DNA of 64,000 nucleotides. It comes from Chiloscyllium plagiosum (lineage: Eukaryota). This document shows positions 39,219 to 50,233 of this stretch, in pieces. The position numbers were made by a program, and so were the translations under genes. The stretch covers positions 73,430,234 to 73,494,233 of the forward strand of contig NC_057718.1 in NCBI RefSeq assembly GCF_004010195.1. The letters run 5' to 3'. Every line of letters begins with the position of its first letter. The first letter of the stretch is position 1. The notes under the pieces were generated by a model that saw only the letters and a program-made list of their open reading frames with translations, searched no databases and was not told the origin of the DNA.

Positions 39219-39790
39219 ATTTTTGATATCTATATAAATCTACATGATACTCCTTTCAGCAAATATTTACCCTTCATGGAAATTCACATTTTCGAACACA
39301 GATTCACTCAGTTCTTCCCTCCTACACTATGACTATCCCACCACATGTGCATGATACATTGCTGTAATAAAGAAAGAAAATAATAAAAGTACATGACCAT
39401 CGAGTATGCCATCGGTTATTACAGCTTGATCCAAGTTGAATGGGGATGGAGTGGGGGTGGTGGGGTGGGGACTCAAGTATGTTTGTAGATGACACAAAGA
39501 TTAGGCAGTGGTTGATGGGAGGGAGATATAGACAGATTGGTCAAATAGGTAGGTGGAATTTATACCTAACAAATGTGAGATGACTATCCCAAGAAGAAGA
39601 AGAAGAAGGCTTATATTAGGACAAAATGTGAAAACTCAGTTAGGGTGCTTGAGGAATGTCTTACAAGGAAAGGCTGAGGGCCTTGAGGCTATTCTCGTTA
39701 GAGAGAAGAAGGTTGAGAGGTGACTTAATAGAGACATATAAGATAATCAGAGGGTTAGATAGGGTGGACAGGGAGAGCCTTTTTGCAAGT

Positions 39791-39822
39791 GGGCGGCACG
39801 GTGGCACAGTGGTTAGCACTGC
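39791..39822 (+). mobile_element. HE1/V-SINE head running into the gap at 39823-39833
   Basis: GGGCGGCACGGTGGCACAGTGGTTAGCACTGC. Confidence 0.85.
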
Positions 39823-40351
39823 NNNNNNNNNNNGACATAGAAGATAATCAGAGGGTTAGATAGGGTGGACAGGGAGAGCCTTTTTCCAAGTACGGGGACG
39901 GCAAACATGAGGGAACACAACTTTAAAGTGAGGGGAGATAGGAATAAGACAGATGTCAGAGGTAGTTTCTTTACTCAGAGAGTAGAAAGGGTATGGAATG
40001 CTTTGCCTGCATCAGTAGGAGATTCACCAAGTTTAAGTGCATTTAAGTCATCGTTGGACAGGCAAATGGATGTACATGGAATAGTGTAGGTGGGATGGGT
40101 TTCAGATTAGTATGACAGGGTGGCGCAACATCGAGGGCCGAAGGGCCTGTACTGCACTGTAATGTTCTATGTTATGTGTTCTATGTTCTATGATCTATGA
40201 TGCACTTTGGAAGAAGCAACAAGGCAAGGGAGGACTCAATGAATGGCAGGACACTAGAAAGGTCAGAGGAATAGAAGGATCTTGGGGCACGGATCCCTGA
40301 AAGTTATTGGACAGGTTAGTAGGGTAGTTAAGTGGGCATATGAGACACTTG

Positions 40352-40415
40352 GTGTGGACTTGTTGGGCCGAAGGGCCTGTTTCCACACTGTAAGTAATCT
40401 AATCTAATCTAATCT
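40352..40415 (+). mobile_element. 5'-truncated HE1/V-SINE tail
   Basis: Matches the young SINE 3' end; flanked by a 94-bp duplication. Confidence 0.9.
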
Positions 40416-41596
40416 AAAGGTCAGAGGAATAGAAGGATCTTGGGGCATGGATCCCTGAAAGTTATTGGACAGGTTAGTAGGGTAGTTAAGTGGGCATATG
40501 AGACACTTGCCTTTGACAGTCCAAGCACAGATTATAAAACCATGGGGGTTATGATGGAGCTTTATAGAACCTTGGTTAGGTGACAGCTAGAGTACTATGT
40601 ACAATTCTGGTCATTATATTATAGGAAGGATATGGTTGTACTGGAGGGATGCAAAGGAGATTCACCTGGATGTTGCCTGGGATAAAGCATTTGAATTATG
40701 AAGACAGGCTAGATAAGTTTTGTTTTCTTTGGAGCAGAAAAGGTTAAGGGGAAACATGATAGATGTGTAAGATTATGAGGAGCATGGAGAGGTTGAATAG
40801 AAAGCAACTGCTCTTCTCCATCAGAGGGTGAAGAAGAAGGAGACACACTTTTAAACTGAAAGGCAGGAAGTTTAGAGAGGATTTGAGGAAAGCTTTTCAC
40901 GCAGAAGGTGGTGTGGATAGGATACTGCCTGGGAGAGTAGTTGAAGAAAACAATGTCACAACCCTTAACAATTATTTGAATGAGCACTTAAGGTGTTATA
41001 ACGTTCAAGGTAATGGGCCTGGTGTAGGAAATTAATACAACTGTACGTAGTACTGTATATTTGTTGGTACAGTCCTGAAGGGCCGAAGGGTCTCTTCTGT
41101 CCTGTATGATTCTACGCCTGCTCTGACTTCCATGTCAAAAATTCTCAGCATTTAGTTTGTTTGATGTGTTTGGTAAAATAGGAAGCTGCGTATTACTGCG
41201 GCCAGATATTGGGGCTAACAAACAATCATCCGAAAGCCCCTTAATAGATCACTTGATGCTGCCTAGCAAGAAACTTGCCAAGTGCCTAAAAGATGTGGTG
41301 AGTTGCTCCCAATTTTGAGATTGGCTTCACCAGACTTCTCCCTGATTCTGCCCTCCATCCCCCATACCAACTGCAGTCTCGTCCATCAAGTGAGTACCTA
41401 ACCTTCACTCACTCATATGTATGGCCTTAACAGTCCCTAAAAGATAACTTCAAGGGAGGTGATAAATGAAATTTGGCCATCATCAATACTTCATCTCACG
41501 TATACAGAAGAGGATGTCCTGAAGGATGCACTTTTGCAATCCTTTCAGTCAGGGATGGAGAGAGAAGAAGCTTGCAGATAACTGCTGGCAGAATTG

Positions 41597-41895
41597 TGGG
41601 TGGCACAGTGGCTAGCACTGCTGCCTCACAGCGCCAGAGACCCGGGTTCAATTCCCGCCTCAGGCGACTGACTGTGTGGAGTTTGCGCATTCTCCCCCTG
41701 TCTGTGTGGGTTTCCTCCGGGTGCTCCGGTTTCCTCTCACAGTCCAAAAATGTGCAGGTTAGGTGAATTGGCCACACTAAACTGCCCGTAGTGTTAGGTG
41801 CAGTGGTAAATGTAGGGGAATGGGTCTGGGTGGGTGCGCGTCGGTGTGGACTTGTTGGGCCGAAGGGCCTGTTTCCACACTGTAAGTAATCTAAT
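41597..41895 (+). mobile_element. HE1/V-SINE
   Basis: Near full length. Confidence 0.92.
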
Positions 41896-41964
41896 TATGA
41901 TCGTTCTGATACACACATGATGAGTTGAGTTCATCAATGACTGTTGAGAAGATTGAGTTTGGAA

Positions 41965-42070
41965 TTTTTGATTTGATTTATTACCATCACATGTACCAAG
42001 GTTCAGTGAGATGTGTTGTCTAATGTGCTTTACAGGCAGATTGTACGATACAACTGCATCAGGGATTGCA
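41965..42070 (-). mobile_element. Rex1-type 3' tail fragment
   Basis: Reverse complement resembles 37700-37769. Confidence 0.6.
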
Positions 42071-42532
42071 AAAATTATAAATTTTCATGACTAAACCTTT
42101 TGCCTTTCAGTGCAATTATTACAGGACTTCAAGAAGTATAATTCCTCAGGGCACCTTATTGCTCCACCACAGGATGCACAGCCATGCAACTGCATAGATA
42201 CTTAGACAAAGGCGACAAGAGTCATACTAGACTCCAAATATTAACTCTGTTTCACTCTTCACAGATGCTGCCAGATTTGCTAAGTTTCTCCAGGACTTTC
42301 CGTTTTTATTCCTGATTTCCAGCATCTGCAGTATTTTACTTTCATATCACTGAGATAGTTCGACCTGTTGATTCACACCTCACATGTGAGCACAAGCAGC
42401 TGCAGGGGCAGATATGGAAAGTTTGCTTCAAGTAATCCCTTTAGGTGGATTCAGATTCCGAACCCGGGGGCTGTTGTTGAGAATGCACCTGTTATAGATG
42501 CATTGGCAATTTTGACTTATACTTTGATACAC

Positions 42533-42829
42533 TGCGGCACAGTGGCTCAGTGGTTAGCACTACTGCCTCACAGCACCAGGGCCCCAGGTTCGATTCCAGC
42601 CTTGGGCGATTGTGTATGGAGCTTGCACATTCTCCCCATGTCTGCGTGGGTTTGCTCCTGTTTCCTCCCACAAGATGTGCAGGTCAGGTGAATTGGCCAT
42701 GTTAAATTGCCCATAGTGTTAGGTGTATTAGTCAGAGTGAACTGGGTCTGGGTGGGTTACTCTTCGGAGGGTAGGTATGGACTTGTTGGGCTGAAGGGCC
42801 TGTTTCCACACTGTAGGTAATCTAATCTA
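42533..42829 (+). mobile_element. HE1/V-SINE, second subfamily
   Basis: Full length. Confidence 0.9.
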
Positions 42830-42924
42830 TATAGCCACAATCACCAAGAAGATGGAGGAGTCCAATTCAATCCCTGGAATAGTGGTAGTGCTGTGAAGTA
42901 TCAAGATGTTCCCCATGAAGAAGG

Positions 42925-43498
42925 CAGTTGGGAGGTCATGTTGCATTGGTTAGGCCATTTCTGGAGCATTGTGTGCAGTTCTGGTCTCCCTCCTATTGGA
43001 AGGATGTTATGAAACTTGAAAGGATTCAGGAAAGATTAAACAAAGATGCTGCAAGAGTTGGAGGTTTTGAGCTATAAGGAGAGGCTAAATAGGCTGGGTT
43101 TTTTTCTCTGGAGTGTTGGAGACTGAGGGGTGACTTTATAGAATTTTATAAAATCATGATAGGCATAGATATTGACAACATTTTTTTCCCCTGGGGTGGG
43201 GGAGTCCAGAACTAGAGGGCACAAGTTTAGGGTGAGAGGGGAAAAATTTAAAAGGAAACTAAGGGGCAACTTCACACAGAAGGTGATGCATGTATAGAAT
43301 GAGCTGCCAGAGAAAGTGTTGGAGGGTGGTACAATTACAACATTTAAAAGGCATCTGGATGGGTGTATGAATAGAAATGAATAGGGATATGGGCCAAGTG
43401 CTGGCAAATGAGACTAGATTAGTTTAGGATATCTGTTTGATATGAACAAGTTGGACCGAAGGGTCTGTTTCTGTGCTGTACATCTCTGTGACTCTATG
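42925..43498 (+). mobile_element. CR1 LINE 3' end
   Basis: LEHCVQFWSP through GACTCTATG tail. Confidence 0.88.
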
Positions 43499-43619
43499 AA
43501 TATGAGAGAGACTTGCTCCTTGGTTCTTCACATATGGTTCTCCAAAGAGTCTATGCATGTCAGGACAATGTATGCCAACTCACCAGCCACTTTGAACTCA
43601 TCTTGCCAGAATGAGAAAC

Positions 43620-45440
43620 TACTTGGGTCAGGTTATTTTGAGGACCAAAGTTTTGGGTCCTGTTGTGGGCAAGATTGGAAAAATGTGGTCCCAGAGGCCT
43701 TGAGACAGGATGCAATATTTAAAGAGCCAACAAAGGAAGGGAACGGGAAACCCAGTTACTGAAAAGTTGTTCAAGAAAAACATCAGTTTTTTCTGGTGAG
43801 AATCCTAGATTGTCTCTGAGAATTTAAAGGCCAATTTGATAAATGAGCCAGTTCTGGCAGAGAAAGATTGTATTAACCTATTTGAGGTAGCTCTCAACCT
43901 TGGTGTAGGATCAGTTATGCTTCAAGATAATGGTGCTGTTATGGAAGGTCCAGTTTTTTTTTTCTCAAGAAAGCTTAACGAGCATCAAAAATGTACTTAG
44001 CCATTGAGAAAGAAGTTTTGAGTCTTGTCCTTGCCTTTCAACAATTTGATTTGTATGAGACCAATTTTCCTGGGGGATGTATTAGTCTTTACCATCCACA
44101 ACTTAGTAATATTTTTGAAAAGTATGGAACGAAACGCTTCAGGGTAATTTGCTGGAGTTGTTGGCTACAATCAAGAATTGTGTAAAGTGCAATGTAATTT
44201 CTGACCCTCTACCCAGATTTTAGATTAGATTATTTATCACGTGGAAACAGGCCATTCGACCCAACAAGTCCACACCGACCCACCGAAGCACACCCACCCA
44301 GACCCATTCCCCTACACCTAACACTACATGGCCAATTCACCTAACCTGCACATTTTTGGACTGTGGGAGGAAACTGGAGCACCTGGAGGAAACCCACGCA
44401 GACACGGGGAGAATGTGCAAAGTCCACACAGTCAGTTGCCTGAGGCGGGAATTGAACCTGGGTCTCTGGCGCTGTGAGGCAGCAGTGCTAACCACTGTGC
44501 CACCGTGCTGCCCATTTTAAAAAAAGGTAGATGAGGAAATAAAGATAATTAAGATAGTTTCATGCTATTATAAAACCTAAACGTTACATTAGGGGTGAAG
44601 CCAACATAGAATTGAAGTAGTTGTTAAAATGCTTATAATATTTAAATGTGTTGTATTTTGAAAGAGTAGTAAATAAAGCCTTACTTCAGTTTTTTTGAGG
44701 GGGAAACATGTGATGTCACATTTACTTGGAAAAGCCTATATATTCTTTTATGAAATGTCTCTTTAAGGCCAAACTGGAATGGGGTGTATTAATATTTCTT
44801 ATCAATCTGTTCAGAGATGTCATTTTGTACCTCTGGAGCAGATGGGATTTATACTTGAATGTCCTAGTCCAAAGGTAGAGATATTACCACAGTGCTACAA
44901 GTGCTCCTGGGATGGGAATTATTCTGAAAGAGGGTTAATTGGTTTCTTGATTATTACATAATTCGGTCCCAATAAATATTCTTGTGACTTGATTTTGCGA
45001 TGGGGTTGAATAGCTAAATAGAAAGTTTATTGTATTAGGGTTGGTCAGTTGCTTTTTTTTTGTTTGGAAGTTCAGAGCACACTGAAATGTTTTAAAAGAG
45101 GAAAGCCACAAGCTTCTCTTTGAATGGGACAGTTTATACCAGGCAATCTTTGAACTGATCCTGTTGTTAAAGTTGGGCTCCAAGAATAGAACAATTAGTG
45201 TGTGAGGAAGCTTTCCATTTGAAGTTAAAACATGCTTTATGACAATTTCATGACCCTGATGGAAAGAGTGCTTTGGAAATGAAGCTAATTGTTTCATGAC
45301 TTGTCACAGTTATGAATTATGATTAATTTAATCACCAAGATAGTTAATGTCTGACTGTGACCAGAATGTAAGATAAATTAAACTCATATCAAAGCAAAAA
45401 ATCTTATCCTCTAACAAGCAGTAAAAGAGATTGCTAATTT
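43620..45440 (+). mobile_element. Gypsy remnant: RNase H end, PPT-like tract and probable 3' LTR from ~44709
   Basis: FFSRKLNEHQKMYLAIEKEVLSLVLAFQQF..NVISDPLPR; GAGGGGGAAACA followed by TGTGATG. Confidence 0.7.
44219..44513 (-). mobile_element. HE1/V-SINE
   Basis: Near full length. Confidence 0.92.
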
Positions 45441-45447
45441 TGAATAT

Positions 45448-46215
45448 TGTTATGACACGACAGTGAACCCTTCTGCTAATTAAACCAAACATGCAGAAAA
45501 ACGCACCTCACCTCATAACCTGTTAAAGTATGAGTAAGAGAGAACTCCCAAATTCCACTATTTAAAGAAAATAATTCAATTTATCCCCTAACTCTAAACA
45601 TTAAGTAACAACTATTTATAACTCTAAGCCTCCTTTCCCTTAAATGTTTGGTATCTGCCTCCCACTCTATAACAATATACTGTTCCCATAAAAAACCCGA
45701 ATTAAAATTACATCAACTTAAGTTCAAAACCACACAGCGGCTGTCATTGTTGGTGTCTGTTTTCTTTCGGCTGAAGATTTCCCTGCATCGTCTTCTGACA
45801 TTTACTGCAAAGATGTTTCATGTGGAAAAGGTACCTTTGATAGAGAATATTTCAAAGGACAGAATCTCTCTAGATGGCAGTTACTCTTGGTCTAACTATC
45901 AAAATGTCTGCTTCTTTATACCCCTAACATCAGAGCGTCTCATTGGTTTGAGATTGGCAAAAACAATAAATTCAAAATCGATTGGGTTTTCGTATCCTGG
46001 GGCATAATTTAAACTGATTGGTTAAATTCAAATTGTTGTCAAAATAGCAACCAAAACTCAAGGTATCTGTTTCCATGCCAAATGTTACATATATTCAATT
46101 TTCCAGTACATTCTGAGACTGCTAGCTAGTCATATGACAAGTGCCTGCAAGCTCTCAGTGCAAAACTGCATTCACTCTCCCTTAAAGGTACAGGACATGC
46201 TTCAACTTCATAACA
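45448..46215 (-). mobile_element. Solo LTR (768 bp)
   Basis: Termini TGTTATGA...TCATAACA (8-bp inverted repeat); flanks ATAT/AAAT; antisense TATAAAG near 45914-45920. Confidence 0.75.
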
Positions 46216-47389
46216 AAATGCAAACTTAAAAACTATGTGCTCTTTTAAATTCAACCAAGCATGCATTTATTCACAAATACTATGGATACGAGGAGTGTGA
46301 CAAACTGCTTCCCAGGAACATCATGAGATATGAAACCTAGGCAAAGGAACAAAGCCAAAGGATCAAGAGTCCAAATGAAAATGAGTGGATGAGGTGATTT
46401 TCTCATGATTCTTTTGGTTTTTAGGCAATAATATTGCATTGTTATTGGCTGCAGAGACCCTCAAATTAGCAGCTGGTTAGTTGGACCTTGGTATTGTCAT
46501 GAGTTAGAGGTTGTTAACTTTTTTTCCGAATTCTTGCATTTTTTTTTCCAATCATAGGGGAAGAGAGTGATTTGGCTTTTCTGTATATTTTTAGAGGTCT
46601 AAAGGTCTACTGGATCTCTTTTCCCATTTCAACAAAACTACTCCTTGCAACAAAAAGCTGGTGCTGGTATGATATTATAGACTTCAGAACTTTGATAACT
46701 GTTCATGGACTGAATGAATCAACAAAAGATAAGCTATTATACACAGCAGTAACTCTGTCTGGAATAAACTGTTAAGGAACAAAAAAAAGCAGTTACACAG
46801 AGACTCAAGCAATTAGCCACATCTTGGCGAGATGGCATAAACAGAGCGGCTTTAACACTTGGTTGATAACTGGATGCTTTATCACCTCAAAAGGCAAGGA
46901 CTGCCATGCAGAAGAATCTAAGGAGTTAATCACAAGAAAGCAATGTCTTCATACAGACAGTGAAGGCCAAACTTAGCAAGGAACAGAGGAACTCCTTTGA
47001 CAAGGAAGCCAACTGCAGAGCTGCAGTAATTCAGATGAAAGGACGTTGAAGGAAATCATCAATATCTCACCTCAGAGACTAGAGGACAAAAATTTGCATA
47101 AGAATCAAACACCAGAACTCCCCTTTTGGAGAACTTAAAAGAGTAATACTGCTCAACGATCAAACCCTGGAGACTTCCTTCCTTCCCCCTGCCCCCAGTC
47201 AGACGACTGTTGATTGAAATGCTGGCCAGATTTCACCATTAATTGGGTTACAGGCTTATACTTGCTTACTTGAGGGGTCTAATATTTGGTTGCTACCTGC
47301 AACAAAGTTTGAATGATTGTTTCAGTGCTCGATTGTGATATTTCTTCATAAATAACTGCCCTGAAGCCACCGCTGATGCATGGGAGTTG

Positions 47390-48600
47390 TCCGGAATCAG
47401 CAGCTGGTACAGGGAAGGAGTCCCGGAGCAGTGGCCAGTGCAGGGAAGCCTTCCTGGAATGGCGGCAGGCACAGGGAAGCAGTCTGGAGCAATGGCCAGT
47501 ACAGGGAAGCAGCCCCGGAACAGCAAAGGGCACGGGGAAGAAGACCCGGAACAGCGGCCAGCACAGTGAGGCAGTCCTGGAATAGCAGCCGGCACGGGGA
47601 AGCAGTCCTGGAATAGTGGCTGGCACGGTGAAGCACCTCCGGAACAGCAGCCAGCATGGAAGAGCAGACCAGGATCAGCGGCCAGCATGGGTAAGCAGCC
47701 CCTGGAATAATGGCCAGCACAGTGAAGCAGTCTCAGCGCAGTGGCCGGCATATGGAAACAATTTCGGATCAATGGCCAGTGCAGGGAAGCAGGTCCAGAA
47801 CAGTGTCCAATGCAGGGAAGCCATCTCGAACAGCGGCTGGCATGGGGAAGTTAACCAGGAGCTGTGACTGGCACGAGGAAGCAGTTCCAGAACTTTGGCC
47901 AGTGCAGGGAATCAGGTCCCGTGCATGTGGAAGCAGTCCGGGAGCAGTGGCAAGCAAAGGGAAGCCATCTTGGAACAGCAGCTGGCACAGAGAAGCTGTC
48001 CCAGTGCAGTGGCTGGATGGTGAAACAGTCCCAGAGCTGTTGACGGCACAGTGAAAGATCCCGGATCAGTGGATGCCACAGGTAGCAATTCCAGATCAGT
48101 GCCCAATGCAGAGTAGCAGGTCTGGAGCAGCAGCTGGCACAAGGAAGCAGTCCTGGAGCAGTGGCTGGCAAGGGAAAGCTGTCCCGGGGCAGTGGCTAGC
48201 ACTGGGAAGCAGTCCCAGAGCAGTGGCTAGCACAGGAGAACTGTCCCGGAGCAATGGCTGGCACGGGGAAGTAGTCCCGGAGCAGTGGCCGGCACAGGGG
48301 AGCGGTCCCTGAGCAGTGGCCAGCAGTGGCCTGTTATAGTGGCCAGTACAAGGAAGCAGTCCAGTTGAGTGGCTGTCACAGGGACGCAGCCCCAAAGCAG
48401 TTGCCGGCACGGGGAAGCAGCACTGGTGCAGTGGCCAGAGCAGGGAGCCCTCCAGCAGCAGTGGCCAGCATGGGGAAGTAGTCCGAGAGCAGTGGCTGGC
48501 ATGGGGAAGTCGTCCCAGAGCAGTGACTGGCATAGGGAAGCAGTCTTGGAGTGGTGGCCAGCACAGGGAAACAGTCTTGGGAGGATGCCAGCGAAGAGAA
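47390..48600. repeat. GC-rich minisatellite, ~31-bp unit, roughly 39 degenerate copies
   Basis: Consensus approximately GGAGCAGTGGCCAGCACAGGGAAGCAGTCCC. Confidence 0.95.
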
Positions 48601-50102
48601 AACTTACCTTGGAGGCTTGCAGCAGCGCGGGGATTGTTGTTGGACTGGGGCCAGGTGTGGGCAGTCAGACCACACGTGGAAACCCCTATACTCAGCCATT
48701 GCAATGTAACATTTATTTGAATTTTTTTCTTCCTGACTGTACTGTCAATCCTTTAACAACATCTTATTTCGAACTTATTCTTTAAACATTGCAAAGTAAT
48801 GCAACTACTTTTCTTTTTATTCCTCTTTATACCTGAGATTTGTACCGAGGTACATGTATCTAAGATAGCGCCATAAGAGGTGACATTACATATTGAACAT
48901 CAAACAGAGAACAGCACAGTACAGGCTCTTCAGCCCTTGATGTTGTGCTGACCTTTTACCCTACTCTAAGATCAAACTAACTGACATACTCTTCATTTTA
49001 CTAACATCCATGTGCCTATCCAAGAGTCACTTAATTGTCCCTAATGTATCTGACTCTACTACCACCATTGGCAGTGCATTCCATGCACCCACCATTCTCT
49101 GTCTAAAGAACCGACCTCTGACATCTCCTGTAAATCTTTCTCCAAACACCTTAAAATTATGCCCCCTTGTGATAGCCATTTCTGCCCTGGGAAAGTGTCT
49201 CTGATTATTCACTCTATCTATGCCTCTCATCATCTTGTACACCACTACCAAGCCACCTCTCAAATCTTTGCTCCAATGAGAAAAGTCCTAGCTCCCTTAA
49301 CCTTTCTTCATAAGACATGCCCTCCAGTCCAGGCAGCATTCTGATAAATCTCCTCTGATCTTCTGTAAAGCTTCAACATCCTTCCTATAAAGAGGTGACC
49401 AGAGCCAAATGCAATATTCCAAGTGTGGTCTAACCAGGGCTTTATAGAGCTGCAGCATAACCTCATGACTATTAAACTCAACCCCCTGCTAATGAAAGCT
49501 AACAAACCATGCGCCTTCTTACAACCCTATCAACTTGGGTGGCAATTTTGAGGATCTATGGATATGGACCCCAAGATCCCTCTGTTCCTCCATACTGCCA
49601 AGAATCCTGTCTTTAACTCTGTATCCTGTACCCAAATTTGACTTTCCAAAATTATTTCACACTTTTCCATGTTGAACTCCATCTGCCATTTATCAGCCCA
49701 GTTCTGCTTCCTGTCAATGTCCTGTTGCAACCTACAACAGTCCTCCACACTATCCACCACTCCACCAACATTGGTGTAATCGGTAAACTTACTAACCTAC
49801 CCTTCCACTTCCTCATCCAAGCCATTTATAAACATCACAGAACAGAGGTCCCAGAACAGATCACGCAGAATATTACCGGTCACCGAGTTCCAGACTGAAT
49901 GCATTATCTACCACCACCCTTTGTCTTCTATGGCTAGCCAACTCTATATCCAGACAGTCAAATTTCCCTGTATCCCATGCCTCTTTACTTTCTCAATGAG
50001 CTACCATTGGAAACCTCATCAAACGCATTGCTAAAATCCATGAACATCACACCTACTGCTCTACCTTCATTAACATGTTTTGTCACATCCTCAAAGAACT
50101 CA

Positions 50103-50233
50103 TGATTTGGAGATGCCGGTGTTGGACTGGAATGTACAAAGTTAAAAATCACACAGCACTAGGTTATAGTCCAACGGGTTTAATTGGAAGCACACTAGCT
50201 TTCGGAGCATTGCTCCTTCATCAGGTGATAGTG
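50103..50233 (-). mobile_element. Mini PLE insertion (family C)
   Basis: TSD GAACTCA at 50096-50102 and 50234-50240; homologous to 38196-38315. Confidence 0.88.
50193..50227 (-). ncRNA. Minimal hammerhead ribozyme motif (family C)
   Basis: CAC-CTGATGA-A-GGAGC-aat-GCTCC-GAAA-GCTA-GTG; stem I CAC/GUG; AGCT palindrome. Confidence 0.8.

Larger units (their letters stand above)
35900..39420 (+). mobile_element. Heavily decayed Ty3/Gypsy pol remnant hosting two later insertions
   Basis: Protease-like VLDIGTS (~36041); WSFREELALSENVIFKGKQVILP; ESIY*PGINKD; LLPHKFPSEPWCKIVTD. Confidence 0.7.
39475..41115 (+). mobile_element. CR1 fragments (a younger 3' end at ~39645-40192 within an older copy) with nested SINE pieces
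   Basis: SYKERLRALRLFSLE, WNALP; tails at ~40190 and ~41110. Confidence 0.85.

Noticed and set aside
47390..48600. 31-bp repeats resembling a CRISPR array; Cys/Pro-rich ORFs
   Set aside because: Units are contiguous with no unique spacers, there are no cas genes, and the context is eukaryotic. The ORFs occur in many frames on both strands, as expected of a GC-rich tandem repeat.
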